Positions 11,496 to 24,103 of a stretch of DNA of 64,000 bases are shown here, in pieces. This stretch comes from Methanocaldococcus sp. 28A. Lineage in GTDB: Archaea > AGJL01 > Methanococci > Methanococcales > Methanocaldococcaceae. Both the position numbers and the translations under genes were made by a program. The number at the start of each line of letters is the position of its first letter. The stretch's first letter is position 1. The notes under the pieces are model-generated. The model was not told the DNA's origin, did not search any database, and worked only from the letters and a program-made list of their open reading frames with translations. The stretch lies in the NCBI GenBank assembly GCA_049852185.1, contig CP187540.1. One strand, 5' to 3'.

Positions 11496-11521
11496 TATTT
11501 AATTAGGAATAAAATGTCTTG

Positions 11522-12703
11522 TTAATTTTTGTTTTTATTGCCAAGTTTTTTAAACTCTTCTGCTAAATACTCAAAAACCTCTTTATCTTCCACATTCTCA
11601 AATATTTTTATTATATCGTAAATTATCCTTTTACACAAAGCTTTTGAAAAATCTTCTAAAACTTCCTCAATTGGCTTATTTTTATTCTTTAATATTTTTT
11701 TCGCTTTTTCTAATTCTTTCTTTCTAACATTCTCAATATACTGCCCAAGTTCTTTTATTGCTGTTTCAAATTTCATTTTATTAAGAAGCTCTTTTAATTG
11801 CTCCAATTCCTCACAAATAATCCTCTCAACCTTAGGAATCTCCTCTTTCCTTTTCTTTAAATTCTCTTCAGCAACCAACTTCAAATCATCGATAGTGAAT
11901 AAAAAAACATCTGGCAGTTCTCTAATATCGTCGGTTGTATCTCTTGGATTTGCTATATCTATAATAACTGTCTTTCCAGCGTCTTTTAATCTCTCCTTAT
12001 TTAAAATCGGATGTGGAGCACCTGTAGCTGAGATAACTATATCTGCATACCTCAAAGCTTCTTCTAATTTGTCAAACTTTATGGCAATTCCACCAAGTTC
12101 TTTAGCTAATTTTTCAGCTTTTTCATAAGTTCTATTTGCTACTATAATAGCTTTAATGTTTTTTTCCTTCAACGCTTTTATAACTAAATTTGCCATCTCT
12201 CCAGCTCCAATTAATAAGACATTTTTCCCTTCTAATCCAAAAATCTTCTCTGCTAATTCAACTGCCGCACTACCTATTGAAACTCCTCCTTCATTTATCT
12301 TTGTCTCTAATCTCGCTCTCTGTCCAGTATGTATTGCCTTTAAAATAATTTTTTCCAATTTCTTAGAAATTTTTCCTTTCTCTTTTGCTTTTAGATAGGC
12401 ATTTTTCAACTGCCCAAGTATTTGGTCTTCCCCAACAATCATTGACTCTAAACCACATGCTACTCTAAAAAGATGTTCAATAGCCTCATCTCCATATAGA
12501 ATATCAAATTTATCTAAATCTATGTAGTTGATGTTTTTAATCTCCTCTAAATTATTTGCATCAAATATAATCTCTACCCTATTGCATGTTTGTAATAATA
12601 CTGCATTATCAAACATCTCATAAAATTTTTCTTCATCCATTCTAAGCTTTTCTAATTCAGAGACATTGTATTTTTTATAATCAGCTTTTAATATTATTAT
12701 CAT
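11522..12703 (-). CDS. hemA: Glutamyl-tRNA reductase
   Basis: TCNRVE, GLESMIVGEDQILGQ, GAGEM motifs. Confidence 0.97.
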   Translation of the reverse strand: MIIILKADYKKYNVSELEKLRMDEEKFYEMFDNAVLLQTCNRVEIIFDANNLEEIKNINYIDLDKFDILYGDEAIEHLFRVACGLESMIVGEDQILGQLKNAYLKAKEKGKISKKLEKIILKAIHTGQRARLETKINEGGVSIGSAAVELAEKIFGLEGKNVLLIGAGEMANLVIKALKEKNIKAIIVANRTYEKAEKLAKELGGIAIKFDKLEEALRYADIVISATGAPHPILNKERLKDAGKTVIIDIANPRDTTDDIRELPDVFLFTIDDLKLVAEENLKKRKEEIPKVERIICEELEQLKELLNKMKFETAIKELGQYIENVRKKELEKAKKILKNKNKPIEEVLEDFSKALCKRIIYDIIKIFENVEDKEVFEYLAEEFKKLGNKNKN

Positions 12704-13310
12704 TTTCCCACTTCTCTATTAATCTTTTTAGTTCTTCTCTAAATTTTTCATTTTCAAAAATCTTTTTTAATATTTTTTTTCTATCTTTCTGTTTTGGATA
12801 ATTTTCTTTTAAAAATTCTCTCATATATGCTATCATATTTATGTCAGTTGATTTTAGATAGTTTTCTACAAAAATTCTTATATGCTTAGCTATTAAAGGG
12901 CTTTTTCCTTTTGTGTATATGCTAAATATTACTTCATCAACCTCGGTATAGGCAGGGATAATAAAATTAATCTCTTTTTCATTTGTTGAAGAATTTACAA
13001 ACTTATTTAAATCCCTTGATAATTTAACGATTCTTTTATTAATTTCCTCATTGATAGCTGCTACTATAAAATCATACTTCATTATAATATTTTTTAGCTC
13101 TTCATCACTCAATTGGTTAATATCAGTTTTAATTAGATTTAGGTTTTTGTTATTTTCTTTTAATTTTTTTATCTCATCATCAAATTCTTTAGAATAGATA
13201 TCAACAATTCCACCATTTTTTAATATTTTCTTAGCCCTTCTCTTTCCTACATTACCACAACCAAATATTGCCACTTTTTTTCCATCAAAAGATAACAAAA
13301 CAGGAAGCAA
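12681..13310 (-). CDS. Precorrin-2 dehydrogenase / sirohydrochlorin ferrochelatase
   Basis: GCGNVGKRR Rossmann motif, TKGKSP; coupled to hemA. Confidence 0.88.
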   Translation of the reverse strand: MLPVLLSFDGKKVAIFGCGNVGKRRAKKILKNGGIVDIYSKEFDDEIKKLKENNKNLNLIKTDINQLSDEELKNIIMKYDFIVAAINEEINKRIVKLSRDLNKFVNSSTNEKEINFIIPAYTEVDEVIFSIYTKGKSPLIAKHIRIFVENYLKSTDINMIAYMREFLKENYPKQKDRKKILKKIFENEKFREELKRLIEKWENDNNIKS

Positions 13311-13311
13311 A

Positions 13312-14814
13312 TTAATCCCCCCATAATCTTCCTTCTAAATACTTTTCATAAGCTTTAGTTATTTTAACTTTCTTTATTTTTCCAATAAATTTAGCTCCAT
13401 CTTTAACAACAACCATCAATCCACTATTTAGTAGATAGCCAATAGCATCTCTTTTATTTTTAAAGTGTTTCTCTGATACTATAACCTTTAAAGTTTTTCC
13501 AATATATTTTTTCTTTATCTCTAAATTTATTTTATTGGCTGTTTCTCTAATTAGTAAAGAATATTTTGTAATATTTGGTTTAAAATTTTGAAATGCAGAC
13601 ATGGGTAGAGGTCTAAATTTATAGACAGTTATTTTATCAATATAATTTTTAATTTTATGCATAAATGCAACAGTATTTTTTACAGTTTTTTCATTTTCTC
13701 CTGGTAATCCATATATAAAATAAACTTGAGCCTTTAAATTATATTTTTTTGCTATTTTAACGGCTTTTAAAATGTCATTTGGAGTTGTTGGTCTTCCCAA
13801 TAATCTGCAATGCTCTTTATCACCACTCTCACAGCCAATGTATATTGGGGTTTTTAGATATTTACTAAATATCTCTGCCACTTTTTCATTAAATAAATTA
13901 GCCTTTATATTCTCGATTAATATATTTGCATTATATTTATCGGCTAAATCTTTGCAATTTGATAATAAAGATTCAATTGCTTCATAATTTGGTTCTGGGA
14001 AGTAAGGATTTATCAATCTATTTCCTCTTTTATAATCTAAAAAATCTGGAGCTGAAAGAACTATTCTTCTAACACCTTCTTCCAATAATTCCTCAACTTC
14101 TTTTAGTATATCTTCTTCATCCCTACTTCTTGCATATCCAAATACTGAAGGAACAGAGCAGAAACCACATCCAGGATTTATGTTTAGAGGGCATTTTAAT
14201 GTTCCATTTTCACATAAGTTACATTTTTTGTTAGTGCATAATAATAAAGGTCTTTTAAAATTACTACAACCTCTAACAACTTCAACATAAACTCTTGCAG
14301 AGAAGTAATTTTTATAATCTTTAATTTCAGTTGATGGAGTTATTAATTTTAAATCAGTTAAAATTTCTCTTAGAGGGTTTATTTTTAATTTATCCTCGTT
14401 GTAATCCCAATATGTTGTTCCTTTAACATCTTCAGCATCAAAATCCTTTTTTATTAATTCTCTTATTGTTAACTCTCCCTCTCCAACTATGCTTATATCT
14501 GCCTCTATTTTTTGTAAAAGATATAAATCATTAGCTATAGGACCTCCAACAATTATTTTACTATTACTTTTTAATCTAATTCTTTCAACTAACTTTTTAA
14601 CACATTTAAAGTCAGAAGTCATTGCACTAACAAAAATTAGGTCATATTTTTTAGTATCTTTAATATCCAAATCCTCTACTGGATATATTTTTGCTTCAAT
14701 TCCTTCATTTTGCAAAATACCTTTAACTGTTCTTGGTCCAGCTCCAATAACGTCTCTTGCTAAAGTTCTTTTCCCATCACCAGATGCTAAGCAATCAATA
14801 ATTAATGCTTTCAT
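13312..14814 (-). CDS. B12-binding radical SAM protein with TRAM-like C-terminus
   Basis: IVGGP, EVVRGC...GCGFCSVP, GCESG, YGLPGE motifs. Confidence 0.85.
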   Translation of the reverse strand: MKALIIDCLASGDGKRTLARDVIGAGPRTVKGILQNEGIEAKIYPVEDLDIKDTKKYDLIFVSAMTSDFKCVKKLVERIRLKSNSKIIVGGPIANDLYLLQKIEADISIVGEGELTIRELIKKDFDAEDVKGTTYWDYNEDKLKINPLREILTDLKLITPSTEIKDYKNYFSARVYVEVVRGCSNFKRPLLLCTNKKCNLCENGTLKCPLNINPGCGFCSVPSVFGYARSRDEEDILKEVEELLEEGVRRIVLSAPDFLDYKRGNRLINPYFPEPNYEAIESLLSNCKDLADKYNANILIENIKANLFNEKVAEIFSKYLKTPIYIGCESGDKEHCRLLGRPTTPNDILKAVKIAKKYNLKAQVYFIYGLPGENEKTVKNTVAFMHKIKNYIDKITVYKFRPLPMSAFQNFKPNITKYSLLIRETANKINLEIKKKYIGKTLKVIVSEKHFKNKRDAIGYLLNSGLMVVVKDGAKFIGKIKKVKITKAYEKYLEGRLWGD

Positions 14815-14842
14815 TTTCTCACACATAACTTTAATAATAAAA

Positions 14843-14956
14843 TATAGTTGTGTGCAAAAGTTTTTTAATTAAAATAAGGAATTAGTGAATGCCTTCCTTA
14901 AAGAAGGCATTCAAATTGTCCTTATAAAAGTTTATTTTATTTTGCACACAACTATA
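14843..14956. mobile_element. Family-1 MITE (long form with internal hairpin)
   Basis: 17-bp TIR TATAGTTGTGTGCAAAA; internal GAATGCCTTC-CTTAAA-GAAGGCATTC. Confidence 0.9.
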
Positions 14957-14992
14957 ATCAAAAATTAAATAAGTAGAGTAAATGTTAGGTGA

Positions 14993-15712
<720 letters not shown>

Positions 15713-15715
15713 TTT

Positions 15716-15994
15716 TTATTTTATTCTTATTCCAAAAGCAAATAAAAACATCCATATAATCATTAATATTAATATCAATATAGAAAGCATCATTAAACCT
15801 GGAGAATTTCCAAATACTATTGGTATTGGACCTATCATTATAATTCCAGAGTATTCTACATTACTTTCTTCAGTTTTTTCTGTTTTTACTTTTTTATAAT
15901 CTTCCTGAGAGCTTGGCAAAATCATTCCTAAAGTTATTATAAAAAATCCAATAAACATTAAAATAATCCCTAAAAATATTAATGTTGGCTTCAT
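15716..15994 (-). CDS. DUF131/TIGR00304 membrane protein
   Basis: GIIMIGPIPIVFG motif; two TM segments. Confidence 0.85.
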   Translation of the reverse strand: MKPTLIFLGIILMFIGFFIITLGMILPSSQEDYKKVKTEKTEESNVEYSGIIMIGPIPIVFGNSPGLMMLSILILILMIIWMFLFAFGIRIK

Positions 15995-16033
15995 AATCAT
16001 CCCTTTTTTAAAATATAATTTATAGAATTTTAA

Positions 16034-17530
<1,497 letters not shown>

Positions 17531-17756
17531 TTAGTAACCTTTTTTACTATATTTTAGAAGAGGAGTATTTATTATTTATAATTTATTTGAGATTTTAATA
17601 TTAATTTTGAATACTTAAATAAACCATAATGCTATCAGTCATACTAAGATTATATTAGGAATAAATTAGGATGTAGAAGTCATAAAAATAATAACTGAAA
17701 TATACACTTAAGTTAAAAAAAAGCAAGTTTTATTTCTCATAACAGTTTTTAGCATT

Positions 17757-17869
17757 TAAGTTGAAGTGCAAAATGAGATAAACTTTTATAAGGACAATTT
17801 GAATATATTTTTTTATAAGGCATTCTTTAATACCTTATTTTAATTAAAAAACTTTTGCACACAACTATA
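17757..17869. mobile_element. Family-1 MITE (long form, reversed, degenerate)
   Basis: TAAGTTGAAGTGCAAAA...TTTTGCACACAACTATA. Confidence 0.8.
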
Positions 17870-17962
17870 TTTAGTATTGCATGTAATAGATAAATTTATA
17901 TGCCTTTTTTCATTATTATTTATTGGTCATTACTTTTATTATTTTTACTCAAATGAGGGAAA

Positions 17963-18847
17963 ATGGGTGATATTATGGTAGAATGTGATGGAAAGTGTGA
18001 ATCATGCCAATTAAAAAATACCTGTCCAGACACAAAAAAGCTCATAGCCCAGCAAGATGCAAAAATTAGAGAGAATATGTCAAAAATAAAACATAAAATA
18101 GTTATTTTGAGTGGTAAAGGAGGTGTGGGTAAATCAACAGTAACAGTTAATTTAGCAGCAGCCCTAAATTTAATGGGTAAGAAGGTAGGAGTTTTAGATG
18201 CTGATATTCACGGCCCTAACATCCCAAAGATGCTTGGAGTTGAGAATGTTCAACCAATGGTAGGTCCTGCAGGAATATTTCCAGTAACTACAAAAGAAGG
18301 AATAAAAACTATGTCAATTGGATATTTACTTCCAGATGATAAGACACCTGTTATCTGGAGAGGTCCAAAGGTTAGTGGGGCTATTAGACAGTTTTTAGCA
18401 GATGTTGCTTGGGGAGAACTTGATTATTTGTTGATAGACACTCCTCCAGGAACTGGGGATGAGCAATTAACAATTATGCAATCAATTCCTGATATTGATG
18501 GGGCTATAATAGTTACAACACCTGAAGAAGTTTCTTTATTAGATGTTAAGAAATCAATTACAATGGCTAAGATGTTAAATATTCCAATTATTGGAATCAT
18601 TGAAAACATGAGTGGGTTTGTTTGTCCACATTGTAATAAAGTTGTAGATATATTTGGTAGAGGAGGAGGAGAAAAAGCTGCTAAAGAGTTCGGCATTGAG
18701 TTTTTAGGAAGAATTCCTTTAGATATTAAAGCAAGAGAAGCGAGTGATAAAGGTATTCCAATGGTTTTACTTGACTGTAAAGCAAGTGAAGAGTTTAAAA
18801 AGATTGTTAAAAGAATTGTTGAAAAAGTTGAAGGTAAAAAAGATTAA
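17963..18847 (+). CDS. Mrp/NBP35 Fe-S cluster carrier ATPase
   Basis: SGKGGVGKS, DTPPGTGDE, ENMSGFVCPHC motifs; true start probably MVEC. Confidence 0.95.
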   Translation: MGDIMVECDGKCESCQLKNTCPDTKKLIAQQDAKIRENMSKIKHKIVILSGKGGVGKSTVTVNLAAALNLMGKKVGVLDADIHGPNIPKMLGVENVQPMVGPAGIFPVTTKEGIKTMSIGYLLPDDKTPVIWRGPKVSGAIRQFLADVAWGELDYLLIDTPPGTGDEQLTIMQSIPDIDGAIIVTTPEEVSLLDVKKSITMAKMLNIPIIGIIENMSGFVCPHCNKVVDIFGRGGGEKAAKEFGIEFLGRIPLDIKAREASDKGIPMVLLDCKASEEFKKIVKRIVEKVEGKKD

Positions 18848-18858
18848 TCTTTAATTTT

Positions 18859-19527
18859 TTATTTAATATGATTCAAACATTCTGGAAAATACTTTTTAAT
18901 ATAATCCCTATCCCTATCTATGTAGATATGCATGCTAACAGAATGATGCACATATTCCTTTAATTGAGTATTTGTTTTTTCAGCTACAAACTCTCCTAAA
19001 GTTATTAATCCTAAAGCATTTGCTACAAAAGCTAATAAGGCATCATTACTCCTAAAAACTACAGTCATGTAAAGATTATTTTCCCTAATCAAAAATTCTA
19101 TAAATTGCAAACAAGGCACAGAACCTCTTTCATCTTTACTAACTTCAATATCTATCTTTGGGTTCCATGTTATTGCTATGGCTCTTCTACTATTCTTTTG
19201 TTGATTTAATTTTTCAATGATATACTCTATTTGATTAATTTTTTCATCAGCATAAGGATATTTAAAAAGCCTCTCATGGTAATCGTAACTGAAAGTATTC
19301 TTTGAGCCATAAAGCAAATTCTTAGTATATTCCTCAACAGCCATTTTTCCAAGAGGATATTTATCTGGAACTTTTTTTAATTTTGGATTAGTAATTTGTA
19401 TGACAGTATTCCTAATCTCTTTAGTTCTCTCTCCAAACTCTGTCTCAACTATATCTCCTTCTTTTAAAATCTTTGCGATTAACTCGTCAAATGCTGAAGC
19501 TACAGAAGGTTTTCTTATACATAACAT
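18859..19527 (-). CDS. thyA: Archaeal thymidylate synthase
   Basis: SRRA, VPCL, FRSND, SMHIY motifs. Confidence 0.88.
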   Translation of the reverse strand: MLCIRKPSVASAFDELIAKILKEGDIVETEFGERTKEIRNTVIQITNPKLKKVPDKYPLGKMAVEEYTKNLLYGSKNTFSYDYHERLFKYPYADEKINQIEYIIEKLNQQKNSRRAIAITWNPKIDIEVSKDERGSVPCLQFIEFLIRENNLYMTVVFRSNDALLAFVANALGLITLGEFVAEKTNTQLKEYVHHSVSMHIYIDRDRDYIKKYFPECLNHIK

Positions 19528-19556
19528 ATTATCTCTCCAAAATTTTAATTTATCAT

Positions 19557-19643
19557 TATAGTTGTGTGCAAAACTATCTTAAATAAAATAAGGAATTAGT
19601 AATTGTCCTTATAAAAGTTTATTTTATTTTGCACACAACTATA
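19557..19643. mobile_element. Family-1 MITE (short form, 87 bp)
   Basis: Perfect 17-bp TIRs; no internal hairpin. Confidence 0.9.
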
Positions 19644-19724
19644 AAAACCAAAAGTTATAATTTAAATAAAACAAATCCATAAATAATTTTTTTATTCTGA
19701 GGGAATTAATTATTAAAATAAACC

Positions 19725-20429
19725 TTAGATATCCTCTATTTCAGTTATTATATAATTCCCTTCTTTTCCTTCAAATCCTCTAACTAAGAATGTCTTTCCA
19801 TTCAATTTAAAGCAGATTTCTCTTATTGTATCCTCTATTCCATATTCTTCAAGCATGTCTAAAATTCCTGGCATAAATTGCTCTAATGTTGCTGGTGGAA
19901 TATAGCATCTTTTTGAAGAAGTTCCAAAGTGTATTTTTCCAAACACCTTAATTTTTACATCTACATCTTCTGGGTCTATCTCTCCACAGTTTCTACAAAT
20001 ATAAACTAATCCTCTTGGTTTAATCTTTGTCTCTACAATTCCCCTACATATTTTGCAGTAGTAATTTACAAATATTGTAGATTGAGAAACTTCCAATATA
20101 GCTGGCACCTTTACATCTAAAACTTCTCCTCTATTGTATAGTTGCTCTTTAGGGATTTCTGGAATTTCTCTTGGGTATTTTACACCTTTAATAACTTTTT
20201 CAATTATTCTAACGCTCTTTTCTTCTGTTATTCTACCAAATATCTCATAACACTTTCCCTTTTCTAAGGGAATTGTTGTTATAAAATTCGCTACTCCATC
20301 TTTATCAACCATTGTCCCAATGTAAAATACAGCTCCTTCTTCACTCTCTTTCTTTCTAATATCTAAAATCTTAACTTTCGTCAAAATTTGTGAATTTGGT
20401 AATAGGGAAGATATCTTTCCTAATACCAT
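19725..20429 (-). CDS. OB-fold plus Zn-ribbon protein (RPA large-subunit-like)
   Basis: OB-like N-terminus; YYCKICRG...YICRNCG; FGKIHFGTSS resembles RPA DBD-C. Confidence 0.55.
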   Translation of the reverse strand: MVLGKISSLLPNSQILTKVKILDIRKKESEEGAVFYIGTMVDKDGVANFITTIPLEKGKCYEIFGRITEEKSVRIIEKVIKGVKYPREIPEIPKEQLYNRGEVLDVKVPAILEVSQSTIFVNYYCKICRGIVETKIKPRGLVYICRNCGEIDPEDVDVKIKVFGKIHFGTSSKRCYIPPATLEQFMPGILDMLEEYGIEDTIREICFKLNGKTFLVRGFEGKEGNYIITEIEDI

Positions 20430-20468
20430 AAATATCACCTAATAAAAATTGATAAATTAATTGCTTAG

Positions 20469-20558
20469 TATAGTTGTGTGCAAAACTATCTTAAATAAAA
20501 TAAGGAATTATTAATTGTCATTATAATACAAGTTTATTTTATTTTGCACTCAACTATA
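20469..20558. mobile_element. Family-1 MITE (short form); supplies the stop codon of the adjacent gene
   Basis: TIRs; CTA at 20554-20556 is the TAG stop of ORF 20554-21270. Confidence 0.9.
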
Positions 20559-21270
20559 TATCTTCCTCTTCATCATCATATTCTTTTTCTTCTTCAATCA
20601 ATTCTGGAGAAACTCTTGGCAAAACTACTTCATCTATAAACTTTTTATGGACAATGTATTCCTTAGGTTGGACAATTACAGGCATGTCGTTTAATGTTAG
20701 AGATATTGCCTTTTTTATTTCTCCTTCTTCAGTTCTAAATTCAACAGCTCCAAATCTTACAAATCCTCTAATAAACATTCCAGTAAATACTTCTGGATTT
20801 GCTTTAATTCCAAATAACCTTAATCTTCCCCATCCATATCCATCAAATACTCTAAATATTGTATAATCTTTACCTGTTGAAGTTTTTCTATGTTGAAGTC
20901 CTACAACAATCCCTACAATGATTCCCCTTTGAATAGGGACACCATTAATATCAATATATGTAATTCTTTCATCATCTTCGTCAATTCTTTTTAAATATTT
21001 AGCTTTACATAAGGACAATGGAATTGGAACTGCAGTTCTCATTTCTTGTCCTTTCACAACTTTTAAATCATCTAAATTTCCAATGAATCTTACATCCTTT
21101 TTTGGATATGGCTCGTATCTTCCTAATATACTTTCATAATCATCAGCTCTAATTTGTAAGTAAGTTTCTTCTAACTCTTCAACACCCTCATCAGTATAGA
21201 TAGTTGAGTATCTTACAATCTCTACCTTATCATCCTCGATTTTTATCCCATATTTAACCATCATCATCAC
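20554..21270 (-). CDS. OB-fold protein (RPA32/RPA-associated-like)
   Basis: NGVPIQRGIIVGIV...FRVFDGYG...FIRGFVR; acidic tail. Confidence 0.55.
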   Translation of the reverse strand: MMMMVKYGIKIEDDKVEIVRYSTIYTDEGVEELEETYLQIRADDYESILGRYEPYPKKDVRFIGNLDDLKVVKGQEMRTAVPIPLSLCKAKYLKRIDEDDERITYIDINGVPIQRGIIVGIVVGLQHRKTSTGKDYTIFRVFDGYGWGRLRLFGIKANPEVFTGMFIRGFVRFGAVEFRTEEGEIKKAISLTLNDMPVIVQPKEYIVHKKFIDEVVLPRVSPELIEEEKEYDDEEEDI

Positions 21271-21455
21271 CTAATAATAATTGATACTAATCATTAATAA
21301 TCATTTATGTAATTATGTTATCATCTGAATTTCTATATATACTCACATATATACTTTTCGGTTAAATAAGGATATTCTATCCAAAAAGAGAAATTCCAGT
21401 AGATTTAGCAAAAAATAACCCATATGTATCTAAATTCTAACAACAAATATTCAAA

Positions 21456-21484
21456 CTGCGAAAGTCCTATTAAAAATAGGACTT
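21456..21484. repeat. Family-2 single end plus palindrome AAGTCCTATT-AA-AATAGGACTT
   Basis: CTGCGAAAGTCCTATT, immediately downstream of the last eha gene. Confidence 0.6.
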
Positions 21485-21485
21485 A

Positions 21486-22250
21486 TCATTTCTTTTCCCA
21501 CATCTTTATAGCATTAACAGGACATACTTCTACACATCTTCCGCATAGTATACATACATTTTTATTAATATTAACTTTATCTCCATCTTGTTCAATTGCA
21601 CTAACTGGACATACTTCAACACAAACCAAACATCCAACGCATAAATCTCTATTAACTTCAATATCTTTTGTTTTTATCACATCTCCAATTTCACTTTCAA
21701 CCTTTATACATTTTTTTGGACATACTTCTGCACAAGCCCCACAACCCATACATAAGTCTAAATTAACATCAATACTCTTCCTTATAACTACTTTTATAGC
21801 ATTTGTTGGACAATACCTGGCACAAATTCCACATTTTATACATTTATCCTTATCAAGCTCATAGTTTTTTAACCTAATCTTTCTATGTGGTATAGTTTTT
21901 TCTTTTATTGTATAATGAACTTCATTACTTTTAATCTCTGCTTCTCCTTTTATAACATATATTGCTCCAACAGGGCATGTTTGAGCACAAATTTCACATT
22001 TTACACACTTATCATGTATTATCTTTACTGGTTTCTTAATTTTTGCCTTTTCAATGGCTTCTACAGGACATTCTTTATAGCAGAGATTACATCTAACGCA
22101 TTTAGTTTCATTAACATACAACAATTTATAATTTATAGGAGTTATCTTTTGAGCTACTTCACTAATATACTTTTTATCCCCATCTATCTTCGATAATATT
22201 TCATCTAATGACTTTTTTATCTCAATCAATGTAATCACCTTGAATATCAC
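21486..22250 (-). CDS. ehaR: Eha-associated polyferredoxin
   Basis: Six CxxCxxCxxxCP motifs; operon position; start uncertain. Confidence 0.75.
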   Translation of the reverse strand: MIFKVITLIEIKKSLDEILSKIDGDKKYISEVAQKITPINYKLLYVNETKCVRCNLCYKECPVEAIEKAKIKKPVKIIHDKCVKCEICAQTCPVGAIYVIKGEAEIKSNEVHYTIKEKTIPHRKIRLKNYELDKDKCIKCGICARYCPTNAIKVVIRKSIDVNLDLCMGCGACAEVCPKKCIKVESEIGDVIKTKDIEVNRDLCVGCLVCVEVCPVSAIEQDGDKVNINKNVCILCGRCVEVCPVNAIKMWEKK

Positions 22251-22284
22251 AAAAATTTATATTATCTATATTATTGTCTTTATA

Positions 22285-22776
22285 TTATCTTAGTATTATT
22301 GCATCTAAAGGACATAGCTCTTCACATCTTCCACATAGTTCACATTTATGTATATCAATTCTAATCTTATTTCCATATTCTTCAATGGCATTAAATGGAC
22401 AGTTTTTTAAACAAACTAAGCAAGATGCACATTTTTCACTTATATATTCAATAAATTCATACTTATCTACTTCAATTATCTTTGCATCCTCATTAATCTC
22501 ACATCTTAACCTCAATATTAAGATAGCGTTTGTTGGGCAAACTTCTTTACACTTTCCACAAAATACACATTTCTCTTTATCTATTGTTATAAATAAGCCA
22601 CTCCCATCATATGATATTGCATTAACTGGGCAAACTTCAATACATTTTCCACAATTAATACATTTATCTTCCTTAACAATAATTTCTCTTTTATTTAAAA
22701 TGATATTGAATTTAGGGAATATTTGGATGTTTTTATTGTCTAAATTGAAATGTTTAGCTATTATTTCCTTTATCAT
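22285..22776 (-). CDS. ehaQ: Eha-associated polyferredoxin
   Basis: Four 4Fe-4S motifs; operon position. Confidence 0.75.
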   Translation of the reverse strand: MIKEIIAKHFNLDNKNIQIFPKFNIILNKREIIVKEDKCINCGKCIEVCPVNAISYDGSGLFITIDKEKCVFCGKCKEVCPTNAILILRLRCEINEDAKIIEVDKYEFIEYISEKCASCLVCLKNCPFNAIEEYGNKIRIDIHKCELCGRCEELCPLDAIILR

Positions 22777-23971
22777 ACAACTCCCTCTTCATTTCCTTTA
22801 TTCTTCTGTTTTCTTCATAAACTCTTCTTTTTAATTCTTCCTTCAACTTTTTGAGGGATAACTTCTCAATCTCTTCCTTAACTCTTCCATACTTCTCTGT
22901 GTATAGTATTAAATCTGATTCTATGATTTTAATTATCTTATCTTCTATTATTCTGACTTTAATAGCTTCTTTTGCCTCTTCAGGTTTAACAACCTTTATA
23001 GCTCCAACAGGACACTCTCTTTCACATACTCCACAACTAACACACAATTCTGGCACAATATATGGGAGTTTTGTTTCTCTGCTAATGTTAATTGCATTAA
23101 CTCCACACACTTTCTGACAAATTCTACATCCTATACATAAATCTTCATCAATAACGTAGCAAATGTCTCTCTTCTTAGGAATAACTGGAACATAAACTCT
23201 TATAGCAGTTGTTGGGCAAACTTCTATACAAAGACCACATTTTACACACTTAACAACTTTTTTCTCATTTAAATCAATCTCCCCTACACATACATCTTTA
23301 CAAGCTCCACAAGTTATACACAAACTTTTAACTATATGAGGGATATCTTCAATAACATTCTCCTCTAATTCCAATTTTCCAGCTATTTTTTTGTTTTTAA
23401 TTTCAAAAGCTTTGTCTATTTTTTCTTTTAAGGTTTTTTCATCAACTACAACTATGGCATTTTCTATTGGGCAAGCTTTAACACACTCCTTACATGAGAT
23501 ACATGAGGCTATATCTATTACATACTTCCCTTCTTTACGCTCAATTACATTAACTGGACAAGCTCTTTCACAATTTCCACATCTGACACATACTTCTTCA
23601 TCAATTATAAGATTATTATATTTGGGAATATTAAAAAATAATCCTTCTGTCTCAACTCTATGCTTATCTATTTCTAAAACTCCTGTAGGGCAGGTTTCAA
23701 TACAGTTAGCACAAGCAATACAGGAACCATCGTCAATCATTGGAAGTTTTTTATTATACTCCTTACTATATACCATTTCAATTGCAAAAGCAGGACAACT
23801 CCCTTTACAAGCTTCACAGCTTATACATTTTTCAGGAAATTTAATAATTGGAGGGATTTTTCTATACCTTTCTGGTGGAATATAAGAACTTTTGTCTGAT
23901 TTTGAATCAATAAATCTCTTAATCCATTTTTTCCTTGCAAATTCATAAAGATACCAAAGAGCAGATGCCAT
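22754..23971 (-). CDS. ehaP: Eha polyferredoxin
   Basis: MASALWYLYEF N-terminus; multiple 4Fe-4S motifs; follows the large subunit. Confidence 0.85.
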   Translation of the reverse strand: MASALWYLYEFARKKWIKRFIDSKSDKSSYIPPERYRKIPPIIKFPEKCISCEACKGSCPAFAIEMVYSKEYNKKLPMIDDGSCIACANCIETCPTGVLEIDKHRVETEGLFFNIPKYNNLIIDEEVCVRCGNCERACPVNVIERKEGKYVIDIASCISCKECVKACPIENAIVVVDEKTLKEKIDKAFEIKNKKIAGKLELEENVIEDIPHIVKSLCITCGACKDVCVGEIDLNEKKVVKCVKCGLCIEVCPTTAIRVYVPVIPKKRDICYVIDEDLCIGCRICQKVCGVNAINISRETKLPYIVPELCVSCGVCERECPVGAIKVVKPEEAKEAIKVRIIEDKIIKIIESDLILYTEKYGRVKEEIEKLSLKKLKEELKRRVYEENRRIKEMKRELYDKGNNS

Positions 23972-23987
23972 AACAATCACCTAATAT

Positions 23988-24103
23988 TATAGTTGTGTGC
24001 AAAACTATCTTATAATAAAATAAGGAATTAGTGAATGCCTTCCTTAAAGAAAGGCATTCAAATTATCCTTATAAAAGTTTATTTCATTTTGCACACAACT
24101 ATA
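23988..24103. mobile_element. Family-1 MITE (long form) overlapping the ehaO 3' end
   Basis: TIRs plus internal hairpin; ehaO stop (24079) lies inside it. Confidence 0.9.

Noticed and set aside
21370-21440. Short coding-like fragment IFYPKREIPVDLAKNN
   Set aside because: Too short, with no start or recognisable family.
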